From contig CAYSWQ010000005.1 in the NCBI GenBank assembly GCA_964434885.1, positions 1 to 55,510 on the forward strand: a stretch of DNA of 55,510 bases, given 5' to 3'. Source of the DNA: an uncultured Methanosarcinales archaeon (GTDB taxonomy: Archaea > Nanobdellota > Nanobdellia > Woesearchaeales > GW2011-AR9). Of this stretch, positions 8,004-17,783 are shown one piece after another; the first letter of the stretch is position 1, and every line of letters starts with the position of its first letter. Below the pieces are notes generated by a model. It was given only the letters and a program-made list of their open reading frames with translations. It was not told where the DNA came from and did not search any database. Position numbers and translations under genes: made by a program.

Positions 8004-8245
8004 GTAAAATGTTAAGAGAAGAAAGAATATTGCGATTAGAAGTATTAATGGAAGATGCCATAAATGAATTGGGAGTATCAGACCAAAATTTAATGAGATT
8101 TGCTATAGAAGATTATGTTAAACATTATAAGGGGTTGGTGGATTTGGATGATTATGATGTTGCCAAAAGTAATTTGGGAAGTTCAGAAAGGTATGAATTT
8201 GAAAGGTTGGAAAAGAAAAGAGAGATTAGGAGAGAATTGAAATGA
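8000..8245 (+). CDS. Small protein, member 3 of the trio
   Basis: 81 aa. ...DLDDYDVAKSNLG... followed by a charged tail. Its stop overlaps the galE ATG (ATGA). Confidence 0.5.
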   Translation: MSKMLREERILRLEVLMEDAINELGVSDQNLMRFAIEDYVKHYKGLVDLDDYDVAKSNLGSSERYEFERLEKKREIRRELK

Positions 8246-9180
8246 AAATCTTAGTTACGGGTGGAGCAGGATATATTGGAAGTGCAGCAGTTAAGGAGTT
8301 ATTTTCTTTAGGTCATTCTGTGGTGGTTGTAGATAATTTGAGTAAAGGTTTGCGGGAGTTGGTTGGTGTTGAGGCTAGATTTTATGAAGGTGATTTAGTT
8401 GATTATTCTTTTTTACAAGGTGTTTTTCTTGAGAATCGGTTTGATGCAGTAATGCATTTTGCTTCTTATAAAGCTGCAGGGGAATCTATGACTGAAGTTT
8501 CTAAGTATTCAGATAATATTACAGGTTTGATTAATTTGTTAGATTGTATGGTTGAATTTGGAGTTAAGAAGATTGTGTTTTCTTCTTCGGCAGCAGTTTA
8601 TGGTAATCCAGAATATGTTCCGATTGATGAAAAACATTCTTTGAAACCAATTAATTATTATGGATTTACTAAATTAGAAGGGGAACGAATTTTAGAATGG
8701 TATTCTAAATTGAAAGGAATCACTTTTGTAGCTTTGAGATATTTTAATGTGGCTGGTGATTGTGGGTTGAAATATATTGATCCTTGTGCTCAGAATATAT
8801 TCCCAATAATTATGGAAGTTCTGGCTGGAAAGCGGTCTGGGTTGGAGATTTTTGGAGGAGATTATGATACTCCGGATGGAACTTGTATTCGAGATTATAT
8901 TGATATTAATGATTTAATTAGGGGACATGTGTTGGCTTTAGAAGTAGATAAGTCAGCAGTGATTAACTTGGGTAGTTCTGAAGGTAGTTCTGTATTGGAG
9001 TTAGTAAAAGCTTTTGAAGAGGTCTCTGGTCAAAAGATAAATTATTCAATTGGTAAACGCCGGGAAGGAGATCCAGCTAAATTAGTGGCTTCTTTTGATA
9101 AAGCACAAAAAGTGTTGGGTTGGAAACCTCAAAATGATTTGAAAGAAATGGTGAGGAGTTCATTGGATGCTCTAAAATGA
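8242..9180 (+). CDS. galE: UDP-glucose 4-epimerase (NAD-dependent epimerase/dehydratase)
   Basis: MKILVTGGAGYIGS Rossmann motif, SSSAAVYG, YGFTKLEGE (YxxxK). Confidence 0.9.
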   Translation: MKILVTGGAGYIGSAAVKELFSLGHSVVVVDNLSKGLRELVGVEARFYEGDLVDYSFLQGVFLENRFDAVMHFASYKAAGESMTEVSKYSDNITGLINLLDCMVEFGVKKIVFSSSAAVYGNPEYVPIDEKHSLKPINYYGFTKLEGERILEWYSKLKGITFVALRYFNVAGDCGLKYIDPCAQNIFPIIMEVLAGKRSGLEIFGGDYDTPDGTCIRDYIDINDLIRGHVLALEVDKSAVINLGSSEGSSVLELVKAFEEVSGQKINYSIGKRREGDPAKLVASFDKAQKVLGWKPQNDLKEMVRSSLDALK

Positions 9181-10391
9181 TAAAGAAATGGATTAACAAA
9201 GTGTATGGAGATAACCTATACAAGAATTCTCTGTTTTTGATAGTGAATAGCTTTGTTATGGCTTTATTTGGATTTGTGTTTTGGACAATCAATGCAAGAT
9301 TGTTTACAGCCGAACAAGTCGGTTTGGCATCAACATTAATTTCAGTAATGGGGTTGTTGGTAAACTTATCTTTATTAGGTTTTAATGTTGCTTTGTTGAA
9401 GTATTTACCAAAATCTGATTATAAGGATGATAAAATTAGTTCTTGTTTTATCTTATCTGGAATAGTTAGTTTAATTGTTAGTTTGATATTTGTTTTGGGG
9501 GTAAAAATATTTTCTCCAAAACTAGCATTTATTCAAAATAAAACTTATTTTGTCTTGTTTGTCTTGTTTATTTTATTTGGAACATTATTTATGTTAATCG
9601 AAGCTGTATTTATTGCTTCTCGTAAAAGTAAATTTGTTTTATTGAAGAATACGATTTGGAGTGCTTTGAAAATTATTTTTCCTGTATTTTTGGTTGCTTG
9701 GGGGGCATTTGGAATCTTTGGATCTTGGATGATTTCTATGATTCTTGCTTTAATGATTAGTTTGTTTTTTATTAAGATTAATTTTAAATTTAAAGTTAAT
9801 TGGAAATTGATTAAACAGATGTTTAAGTTTAGTTCTGGAAATTATGTGGCTACTTTCTTTGCTATTGCTCCAGGAATGATTTTACCAATCATGATTACTA
9901 ATTTAATTAGTCCTGTACAAACAGCTTATTTTTATGTTGCTTGGATGATTGCTAGTTTATTGTTTGTAGTTCCAACCGCAGTTTCTCAATCTTTGTTGAC
10001 TGAAAGTTCTCATGAAGAAATTGGAGATAAAGTAAAAAAAGCGAGTAAAATAATCTTTTTGTTATTGGGAATAGGTGTATTGGGTGTTGGTTTATTGGGT
10101 AAGTTTGTTTTATTGTTGTTCGGAAAAAATTATGTTTCTGGAGCATATTGGCCTTTGTTGGTTTTAGCGTTATCTAGTTTTCCTTTTGCTGTAAATGTTA
10201 TTTTTATAACTTTGGAAAACATTAAACATAATATTAAGAAAGTTGTTCTTTTGTACGGGTTGATCGCTGGAATAACGTTTGTATTTAGTTATCTATTGTT
10301 GGGTCAGGGTTTAGTTGGTGTAAGTTTGGGGTGGTTGATTGGTAATTTGGTTGTTGTAGTTGGGTCGATAAAAAAATGGATCAAAAAATAA
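9177..10391 (+). CDS. Polysaccharide/oligosaccharide flippase (MOP/Wzx-like)
   Basis: 404 aa with about 12 TM segments. Typical Wzx-like N-terminus (NSLFLIVNSFVMALFGFVFWTINARLF). Start overlaps the galE stop. Confidence 0.75.
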   Translation: MIKKWINKVYGDNLYKNSLFLIVNSFVMALFGFVFWTINARLFTAEQVGLASTLISVMGLLVNLSLLGFNVALLKYLPKSDYKDDKISSCFILSGIVSLIVSLIFVLGVKIFSPKLAFIQNKTYFVLFVLFILFGTLFMLIEAVFIASRKSKFVLLKNTIWSALKIIFPVFLVAWGAFGIFGSWMISMILALMISLFFIKINFKFKVNWKLIKQMFKFSSGNYVATFFAIAPGMILPIMITNLISPVQTAYFYVAWMIASLLFVVPTAVSQSLLTESSHEEIGDKVKKASKIIFLLLGIGVLGVGLLGKFVLLLFGKNYVSGAYWPLLVLALSSFPFAVNVIFITLENIKHNIKKVVLLYGLIAGITFVFSYLLLGQGLVGVSLGWLIGNLVVVVGSIKKWIKK

Positions 10392-11950
10392 TTTTAAATT
10401 ATTTAGTTTTAGTTTTAGCAATTTTATTAGTTTTAACACCTTTAGTTATCTTTCCAGTATTTGGCTATGATTGGGCAGTTCATAAAGAAATATCGGATAA
10501 ATTAACCACTAGTGGATCATTGGAAAGTGTTTCTTGGACTGAAGCATACAAATATACTCCGGGAACAGCACTTATAATAAACATGGTTGGCAATTTGTCT
10601 GAAAATAATCCTTTTATATTAAAAATTTTAACAATAATTTTATCTGTTCTTTTTGTAGTGTTGTTTTTTATTATTTTAAAAAAATTTGTATCTAAGACAA
10701 TTCATGTTGGGTTAGTTTCATTGTTTTTACTTGGATCATTTGAAATATTAGTTTATACTTCAGTTCTTCATTCTCAATTATTGGGTTATATTTTATTATT
10801 ATTATTATTTTATTTAATATTAGAAAAGAAATTTGAATTAGTATTATTTTTCTCCATTATAATTTCACTAACACACACTTGGACAAGTTTTTTTGTATTG
10901 GTATTTTTTATATTTTATATGGTTGTAGAAGATCAAGGAAATAAAATTTGGATTTATTTAAGTTGTTTGACAATTTTATTTATTTCAACCACATATAATT
11001 TTTTTGTAAGTGGACCTATACTTAATATATTAAAATTAAATTCTAATTTGTTGGTGTTTGTTTTTGTAGCACTTATTTTTTCGATATTTTTTTTAATATT
11101 GGTCTTATTGAAAAAGAAAGATTTCCATAATTTATTGATTATTTATTATAATAAATTGAATAAAAAGTTTTTGAGATATGTTTTGTTTGTGTTATTGGGA
11201 GGAATAAGTTTTTTATTTTTTCAATTAATGTATTTGAAGCATTCAACTAATTTAATTTCATTAATCCTTTTCAATTCTGGAAAATTATTGGTTGCAGTAT
11301 TATTTATTTATTCCATAACAAATCAATATAATTTGAAAAATCATCAAAACCAATTATTATTTTCATTTATTTGTTCATCGGGATTGCTTTTGTTTGTTGG
11401 GATGTTATTTAAGTTTTTTATGCCCCAACTTTCACCAATTTTATCTTCTATTGGAACACGAACAATATTAGTTCTTCCCATTTTTGCCAGCATTTTTATT
11501 GCAATTATGTTTAAAAAAAAAATAAGTAAATATACAAATAGTTTATTTTCATTAATTTTGATTTTCTTATTGGTGGCAAGTAATTTGTTATTGATTCTCA
11601 ATCCAACAATTTTTTCTCAAACAAATAATCTCCCCCCCTATGATTTTAATCAAAAGGAAATTATGTCTATTGATTATGTTTCTTTTCAAATTCCTTTGGA
11701 TAAATTTATTTTCACTAGTTTTCGTTATAATTTTTTATTAAATTATGATAATTCAAAAGAATTCAAAAATAAAATAATTTCCAACAATAATTTTGATGAA
11801 GAGGGATACTATATCTTCACGAAGATCATGGGGAAATATGGTGTTTTACAAGAGGAAAAAACTATGGGAAAACAAGCACCAATTTCAATAATAATTGATC
11901 CCAATAAAGATTTAATTTACAACAATGACGAAGTCAAGATATACAATTAA
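10376..11950 (+). CDS. Large polytopic membrane protein with a C-terminal soluble domain (possible glycan polymerase/GT-C-like; function unknown)
   Basis: 524 aa with about 12 or more TM segments. Overlaps the flippase gene. No WWDYG motif, so it is not called AglB. Confidence 0.55.
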   Translation: MDQKIILNYLVLVLAILLVLTPLVIFPVFGYDWAVHKEISDKLTTSGSLESVSWTEAYKYTPGTALIINMVGNLSENNPFILKILTIILSVLFVVLFFIILKKFVSKTIHVGLVSLFLLGSFEILVYTSVLHSQLLGYILLLLLFYLILEKKFELVLFFSIIISLTHTWTSFFVLVFFIFYMVVEDQGNKIWIYLSCLTILFISTTYNFFVSGPILNILKLNSNLLVFVFVALIFSIFFLILVLLKKKDFHNLLIIYYNKLNKKFLRYVLFVLLGGISFLFFQLMYLKHSTNLISLILFNSGKLLVAVLFIYSITNQYNLKNHQNQLLFSFICSSGLLLFVGMLFKFFMPQLSPILSSIGTRTILVLPIFASIFIAIMFKKKISKYTNSLFSLILIFLLVASNLLLILNPTIFSQTNNLPPYDFNQKEIMSIDYVSFQIPLDKFIFTSFRYNFLLNYDNSKEFKNKIISNNNFDEEGYYIFTKIMGKYGVLQEEKTMGKQAPISIIIDPNKDLIYNNDEVKIYN

Positions 11951-13020
11951 TTATTTTTAAGAATTTTCGAATAAATATTTTGATATCTTTTTGAAATTAT
12001 TTCCCAATCAAACATTTCTGCTTTTCTTCTTGCATTTTTTCCTAATTTTGCTCTTAGTTTTTTGGATTTAATTTTTTCTAACGCATTTTCTAAGTCATTT
12101 AAATTGTTTGGTTTAATCATCAAGCAATCATTCTCATTTTTAAATACAATTTTATTATTTCCTACATTCGTAATGATGCAAGGAATACCACATGCCATTG
12201 CTTCTAAGACAACCACTGGAAAACCTTCAATTAAGGATGGCAAAATAAAGACCTCGTGGGATTGGTAGATTCCGGGTAAGTTTTTGTTTTTTATTTCTCC
12301 TTTAAAGAAAATTTTTCTTTTAGCTTTTTTAATTAATTTTCTTTTGATTGGGCCATCACCAACAAGTGTTAAGGTAAATTCTTCATGTTTATTTACCACA
12401 TCAACGAGTAAATCAAAACCTTTTATTTTTTCTAATCTACCAACTGACAATAATTTAATCTGTTTTTTATTTTTTATTTTATTTTTTATTGGTTTAAATA
12501 AAGAAGTATCAATGCCGTTGGGAACATATTTAACATGGTTAGTGCTGAAATTAATTAAACTTGTTTTATCAACAACACTAATTTTATCAATTAAACTAAA
12601 TCGTATTAACATTTTGTCTAGTATTCTTTTAAAATAATTGATTTCTTTTTTATTGAATGTTGTTCCATGTAATGTACAAATCAATGGAATATTTAATAAT
12701 TTTGAAGATAAAGATATGGCAAAAGCAAGATCGATGGAGTGAACATGAATTATTTTTGGTTGAATTTTTTTTAAAATATAAAAAGATTTAATAAATAATA
12801 GAAAAAGAGACATAATTCTTTTAATTGAGATATTATCTAAATCTTTTGATTTGGCTTTCATTCCAAATTTTAAAATATTTTTACTTTTTGTTTGGCCACA
12901 ATTTGATGTTAGTACAAACACAGAATTTTTTTTTGATTGTATTTTAACTAAATTACTTACAACTGAAGCATCCCCTCCAATTAAAGGAGGGAATTTTTTG
13001 GTAACATGGAGAATTTTCAT
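11947..13020 (-). CDS. Glycosyltransferase family 4
   Basis: MKILHVTKKFPPLIGG N-terminus and EGFPVVVLEAMACGIPCI (E-x7-E region). Confidence 0.85.
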   Translation of the reverse strand: MKILHVTKKFPPLIGGDASVVSNLVKIQSKKNSVFVLTSNCGQTKSKNILKFGMKAKSKDLDNISIKRIMSLFLLFIKSFYILKKIQPKIIHVHSIDLAFAISLSSKLLNIPLICTLHGTTFNKKEINYFKRILDKMLIRFSLIDKISVVDKTSLINFSTNHVKYVPNGIDTSLFKPIKNKIKNKKQIKLLSVGRLEKIKGFDLLVDVVNKHEEFTLTLVGDGPIKRKLIKKAKRKIFFKGEIKNKNLPGIYQSHEVFILPSLIEGFPVVVLEAMACGIPCIITNVGNNKIVFKNENDCLMIKPNNLNDLENALEKIKSKKLRAKLGKNARRKAEMFDWEIISKRYQNIYSKILKNN

Positions 13021-14138
13021 TATTTATAGGTTTCAATCATATCATCAACTATCTTCTCCCAACAATATTTTTTTCTAACTAAATTGATTCCATTTTGGCC
13101 CATTTCTTTAGAAAGTTGAGAATTATTTAATATTTTAATAATGGCTGAAGATAATTCATTTACATTTTTTGGTTTTACAATTAATCCTGTGTTGTTGTTT
13201 ATTATTTCGGTTGCCACACCGACAATATTAGTTGAAACTACTGGTGTCCCACAAGCCATCGCTTCTAATAAAACAATACCAAAACCTTCTTGATGGGCAA
13301 TAGATGGTAAAACAAATAAATTTGATTGATTAAAATAATCAATTAATTTTTCATCTGGAATATATCCTTCGAAAGCAACATTATTTTCTAAACCCAGATT
13401 TTTAACAATTTTTTTATATTCTGGAATTAATTCCCCAGAACCCCCAACAACTAATTTAATGTTGGGAATCTTTTTTTTGATTAATTTTAACGAATGTAAT
13501 AAAACATCTAACCCCTTATATTTGTGGTATTTGTCTAATACACTAAGAAAGAAAAGAGAATTTTCATTTTTTTTGATAGTGTTAATTTTTTTAAATTTAT
13601 TTATATCTATGGCATTAGGTATGACTGTAGTTTTTTGTTTATATTTTTTTATGATTGGAGAATATTCAATGTATTTTGGTTGAGTAATAATTATTTTATT
13701 AGCAATATTTAGAATTATTTTTAAAAAAGTTGCATTATATATTTTTGTAATGATGTTGATAAAGAAATTATCTGTTGATTCATTCAAATCATTATGGTAG
13801 GTTACAATAAGTGGCTTTTTTTTGATGAATGAAATCCAAGCACTCCAATCAGCACTCCAGGGTGTTGGTATGTGTGTGTGCATAATATCAAATTTGCTTT
13901 TAATTAATTCTAAAGGCAAACCCCACATTAGGTTGGTGTTAGCTATTTTACCACAATAATTTAGACGTTTTATTTTTATTTTATTGTATATTTCATTTTT
14001 ATTTCGACGAGGTTCATTTGCACATAATATTTCTACTTTGTGTCCTTTTTTACAAAGTTCTTGACTTAAATCTAAAACATATTTTTCTACCCCACCTACA
14101 AAAGGATAGAATCTTACTGGAGTTTGAACAATTTTCAT
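13020..14138 (-). CDS. Glycosyltransferase family 4
   Basis: EGFGIVLLEAMACGTPVV. The start was set at ATG 14138, which forms an ATGA overlap with the upstream stop. The track ORF starts at 14162. Confidence 0.85.
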   Translation of the reverse strand: MKIVQTPVRFYPFVGGVEKYVLDLSQELCKKGHKVEILCANEPRRNKNEIYNKIKIKRLNYCGKIANTNLMWGLPLELIKSKFDIMHTHIPTPWSADWSAWISFIKKKPLIVTYHNDLNESTDNFFINIITKIYNATFLKIILNIANKIIITQPKYIEYSPIIKKYKQKTTVIPNAIDINKFKKINTIKKNENSLFFLSVLDKYHKYKGLDVLLHSLKLIKKKIPNIKLVVGGSGELIPEYKKIVKNLGLENNVAFEGYIPDEKLIDYFNQSNLFVLPSIAHQEGFGIVLLEAMACGTPVVSTNIVGVATEIINNNTGLIVKPKNVNELSSAIIKILNNSQLSKEMGQNGINLVRKKYCWEKIVDDMIETYK

Positions 14139-15217
14139 TTTTGATAAACCTCTTCTAACCAATTAACAATTTTTTCCCAATCATATTTTTGAACTATTTT
14201 TTTACAATTAGTTTTATTTATCTTTTTTATAGTCAGTTCAATATTATTTAAATATTCTTTTGGTTCGTTTTTTGAAACATATCCATTAACACCTACATTA
14301 ATTAAATTTTTGGAAGCATTGTTTGGTACATTAACAACAACTACAGGAAGACCACAAGCATTGGCTTCAATAACAGAAATTCCAAAACCTTCTCTTAATG
14401 AAGGAAAAGCAAATACTTTAGCTGATTTCATTAAAGCATAAACATCATCAACATTTTTTAAGAAACCAAAGAATTCAAAATTTTTAGGTGCTTTTTTTCT
14501 TAATCTTTTGAATTCTGGACCTTCTCCAATAACTCCTACTTTGTATTTAGTTCCCACTGCATCAATTAGAAGATCAACATTTTTTTCTTTGATTAATCTT
14601 CCTGCAAATAAAATATCAAATTTTTTTTTGGAAGGTTTTATTTTTTTAATTTCTTTTAGATCTAAACCATTAGGGATTAAATAAGATTGGTTTTTGTTTA
14701 TTTTATATAGTTTATTTTGAGTATCTTTAGAAACCACAATATTTTTTTTAGATAGTTTAGCAGCAATTTTTTCAATTAAGAATCCAAAAAAACCTTTCCA
14801 ACCAAGATAATCAAACCAATATTTTCCCCAAACTTCGTGCCAAGTAACAAAAAAAAGTGTTTTGTTAATTTTGGCAATTAATTTGCATGTGAAAATTGGG
14901 AAATAGGGAAAATTGCTACATTCAATTAAGTCAAGTTTTTCCTTTTTTAATGGAAAGTATAGTTTTGTTGCAAAAAGAATGGCTTGTTTGATTGATCTTT
15001 GGCCATTTTTTCCAGTATATAATTTAAGTGGTTTACAAATACCATGGTAGTAGATACCTTCTTTTTTAATGGTGTTTTTTCCTTTCCAAAATTTCATTCC
15101 AAAGAAATGAATTTGATGTCCTTTTTTGGTTAATTCTTTAGCAATCTCATAATATCTTTTTTCAGCTCCACCTTTAATATATGGATAGATTGCATCATAT
15201 ACAAATGCGATTTTCAT
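14135..15217 (-). CDS. Glycosyltransferase family 4
   Basis: MKIAFVYDAIYPYIKGGAEKR and EGFGISVIEANACGLPVV. Confidence 0.85.
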   Translation of the reverse strand: MKIAFVYDAIYPYIKGGAEKRYYEIAKELTKKGHQIHFFGMKFWKGKNTIKKEGIYYHGICKPLKLYTGKNGQRSIKQAILFATKLYFPLKKEKLDLIECSNFPYFPIFTCKLIAKINKTLFFVTWHEVWGKYWFDYLGWKGFFGFLIEKIAAKLSKKNIVVSKDTQNKLYKINKNQSYLIPNGLDLKEIKKIKPSKKKFDILFAGRLIKEKNVDLLIDAVGTKYKVGVIGEGPEFKRLRKKAPKNFEFFGFLKNVDDVYALMKSAKVFAFPSLREGFGISVIEANACGLPVVVVNVPNNASKNLINVGVNGYVSKNEPKEYLNNIELTIKKINKTNCKKIVQKYDWEKIVNWLEEVYQK

Positions 15218-15223
15218 TAGAAA

Positions 15224-15907
15224 TTAACCTACTACTCTTTTCTTAAAAAGATGAAACAGATTTCTAAAACCATCTTTAAAAGCGTTTAATTTTACTTCCC
15301 CCACTCTTTCACTATAATAAATTGGCTCTTCCACAGATTTAAAACCATTAGACATTGCCTCAATTTTCAATTCTTGAGAAAAAGGCATTCCTGAAGATTT
15401 TAAATTCAAGTGATTTAACACTTTTTTTTTAAAAATCCACATTCCAGATTGAGAATCTTGAATTTTTACTCCAAATAATAAATTGGTAAAAAAAGTTAAA
15501 ACATTATTGCCAAACTTATTCCTTCCACTCATTGCATTTTTATGCATTTTAGCAAATCTATTAGTAGTCATAAAATCAATTTTTTGATTTAATAACTTTT
15601 TAACTAATTTAGGGATGTCTTGCATAGGGTAGGTTAAATCAGCATCCCCTGTGGCAATAATATCTCCAGAAGCATTAGCAAAACCTATTTTATAGGCGTT
15701 ACCATAACCACGATCAGGTTGTACAATTACTTTGGCACCTCTTTTTTCTGCAATTTGTTTGGTTTTATCAACACTTCCATTATCAATAACTAGAATTTCA
15801 GTTTGAAATCCCAATACATTCAATTCAGAAATAGGTACAGCATCAATAACTTTACCAATAGCCTTTTCTTCGTTGAGTGCAGGGATTACAATACTGATTT
15901 TTTTCAT
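15224..15907 (-). CDS. Glycosyltransferase family 2, dolichyl-phosphate glycosyltransferase-like
   Basis: ISIVIPALNEE, DNGSVDKT and GDADLTYP motifs (DxD). Confidence 0.85.
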   Translation of the reverse strand: MKKISIVIPALNEEKAIGKVIDAVPISELNVLGFQTEILVIDNGSVDKTKQIAEKRGAKVIVQPDRGYGNAYKIGFANASGDIIATGDADLTYPMQDIPKLVKKLLNQKIDFMTTNRFAKMHKNAMSGRNKFGNNVLTFFTNLLFGVKIQDSQSGMWIFKKKVLNHLNLKSSGMPFSQELKIEAMSNGFKSVEEPIYYSERVGEVKLNAFKDGFRNLFHLFKKRVVG

Positions 15908-15922
15908 AGTTATTCAAACGAA

Positions 15923-16834
15923 TCACCTACGCATTAAAACCACTAGTCCCAAAATGATTGCTAAAACAACTAAAATAACCAAAGCGATTGGTAAAGCTGT
16001 TTTTAACAATGAGGAAGCATTGTTTGTTTGCTTTGTAATTGGTGTAGTAGCTAATACTTGAGTGTTAATGGTGCTGGATGCAACAGATGTAGTTAATAAA
16101 GCTTTTCCTTTTACTGTAAATGGAATAGTTTTAACAGTGGTGCTATCTCCATCAAAGTAAAGAACTTTTAATCGAGCAACATAATTGTCTGTCTTTGCAT
16201 CACTAGGGATTCTTAATAAGCCATCAAATTCAACAGAGTCACCAGCTTCAACATTGGTGAAATATTTAGCTGTAGAAAGTTTTAATTGAGGAACTTCTAA
16301 AGTAACTTTCATCCAATCTTGTTCTTTCTGACCCATGTTTTTTACTAAAGATTTAACTTGTAAAAAACCACCAGCATCAACAGCAGTTGATTGTGATACT
16401 GAACTATCTTTGATAGTCATTAAGTTTCTTTTAGCAACAATATGGTATGGAACATAACATGTTTTGCTTAATGAGTTTTTATCAGTAATTTGAAATCTCA
16501 TATGGTATTTTCCAGGTTCCATGTTAGCTGGTAAGTTTAAAGATAATTTTTTGATGTGTGTGGTATCTTTGTCCATGTCAAATAAACCAGTTTTAGCTTC
16601 AATTTTTTTGTGATCATATCCACTAAAAGACATTTTAACTTGAACATCTTTTAAATTTGTTTTAGAACTCATTTCAATGTGTCCACCAAAAGACTGTCCT
16701 CGGTCAATTGCTTCGTAACCGATTGGTGTTTCTCCATAACACTTCAAATTAACAACATCAACATCTGCAGCGTGAACGAAGTTCATCATTGCGACAGCCA
16801 TCACCATCATAATTAACATAAATATTTTCTTCAT
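15923..16834 (-). CDS. Secreted, C-terminally TM-anchored surface protein (S-layer-like/CARDB-like; paralogue of 26819..28078)
   Basis: Signal peptide MKKIFMLIMMVMAVAMMNFVHA and C-terminal TM LPIALVILVVLAIILGLVVLMRR. The block TGLFDMDKDTTHIKKLSLNLPANMEPGKYHMRFQITDKNS aligns with TSLFDLDAGDSRWISLSLSLPKNLDKDLYLLRIWVTDKNS. Confidence 0.7.
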   Translation of the reverse strand: MKKIFMLIMMVMAVAMMNFVHAADVDVVNLKCYGETPIGYEAIDRGQSFGGHIEMSSKTNLKDVQVKMSFSGYDHKKIEAKTGLFDMDKDTTHIKKLSLNLPANMEPGKYHMRFQITDKNSLSKTCYVPYHIVAKRNLMTIKDSSVSQSTAVDAGGFLQVKSLVKNMGQKEQDWMKVTLEVPQLKLSTAKYFTNVEAGDSVEFDGLLRIPSDAKTDNYVARLKVLYFDGDSTTVKTIPFTVKGKALLTTSVASSTINTQVLATTPITKQTNNASSLLKTALPIALVILVVLAIILGLVVLMRR

Positions 16835-16875
16835 TTTAGTAGGCCTCTAAATTGTTTTATGTCTTAGGAAGTCTG

Positions 16876-16893
16876 CTTTTATTTAAATGTTTC
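16876..16893 (-). promoter_or_regulatory. BRE/TATA-like promoter (GAAACATTTAAATAAAAG on the minus strand)
   Basis: Upstream of the surface-protein gene. The same GAAACATTTA word occurs at 26738-26747 and 41687-41696. Confidence 0.45.
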
Positions 16894-16982
16894 TATTATT
16901 TAGCATTGTAGAATAGTAACGGATAGAGAGTACTTTGAGATAGGAACTATTAATACAATGTGTTTTTTAAGAAAGAATTAAA

Positions 16983-17672
16983 TTAACATTCAAAGTTTGC
17001 TTCAGCGAAATTATATTTCTCTAAAGTGTCGGTAGGGAACCATTGCCCTTCATGGATAAAAGCAGAAATCTTTCCTAACGGAGCTAGTTTTTCAAAACAA
17101 TCTTTTTCAATGGATGATTTTCCTGAAGGTAAAATATCTAAACATTTAGGATCTACAACAAAAGCTCCAGCATTGATTAAATTAGAAGGGGCGTCTTCTC
17201 GTTTTGGTTTTTCTACAAAATTAATGATTTTATCATTATTTAATTTGGCTACACCAAAATGTTCAACATCTTCACGAGGTGTTAAAACCATGGTTATTTG
17301 AGAATCATTCTCTTGAAATTCTTGAACTATTTGCTGAACATCCAAGTCCATTAAATTATCTCCCCAAGCCAAAATAAATGGTTCTTGTAAATTAGCTTTT
17401 ACTACTGCTCCACCAGTTCCTAATGGTTCAGTTTCTAAAGAATAAGTAATTTTGATATCTAAATTCAAGTCGTCAAAATATTCTTTGATTTTATCAGCAC
17501 GATAACCAATAGAAAGAATTACTTCTTCAACACCATGTTTTTGTAAGTTTTCAATTAGGTGTTGAATAATGGGTTTGCCTTTAATTGGTAATAATGGTTT
17601 AGGAGTTGTATCAGTTAAAGGTCTTAACCTGGTTCCTAACCCTCCTGCTAGTATCAAAGCTTTTTTGATCAT
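16983..17672 (-). CDS. Sugar-1-phosphate nucleotidyltransferase (mannose/glucose-1-P NTP-transferase family)
   Basis: MIKKALILAGGLGTRLRPLTDTTPKPLLPI from ATG 17672. The track ORF begins 19 codons upstream. Confidence 0.85.
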   Translation of the reverse strand: MIKKALILAGGLGTRLRPLTDTTPKPLLPIKGKPIIQHLIENLQKHGVEEVILSIGYRADKIKEYFDDLNLDIKITYSLETEPLGTGGAVVKANLQEPFILAWGDNLMDLDVQQIVQEFQENDSQITMVLTPREDVEHFGVAKLNNDKIINFVEKPKREDAPSNLINAGAFVVDPKCLDILPSGKSSIEKDCFEKLAPLGKISAFIHEGQWFPTDTLEKYNFAEANFEC

Positions 17673-17783
17673 TTTGTTTTTATAATGGATGGGTTTTAAA
17701 TATTTTTTGTTATCAAATAGTAGAAACATTTAATCCTTTCTTCACACCAAACATTTTAAAAACTAAAGAGATTTAGTTCTGTT

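Noticed and set aside
10376-11950. AglB oligosaccharyltransferase call for the 524-aa polytopic protein in the glycan locus
   Set aside because: It has no WWDYG motif and no recognisable DxD/DK catalytic loops, and it is too short for typical AglB. It is kept as an unknown membrane protein.
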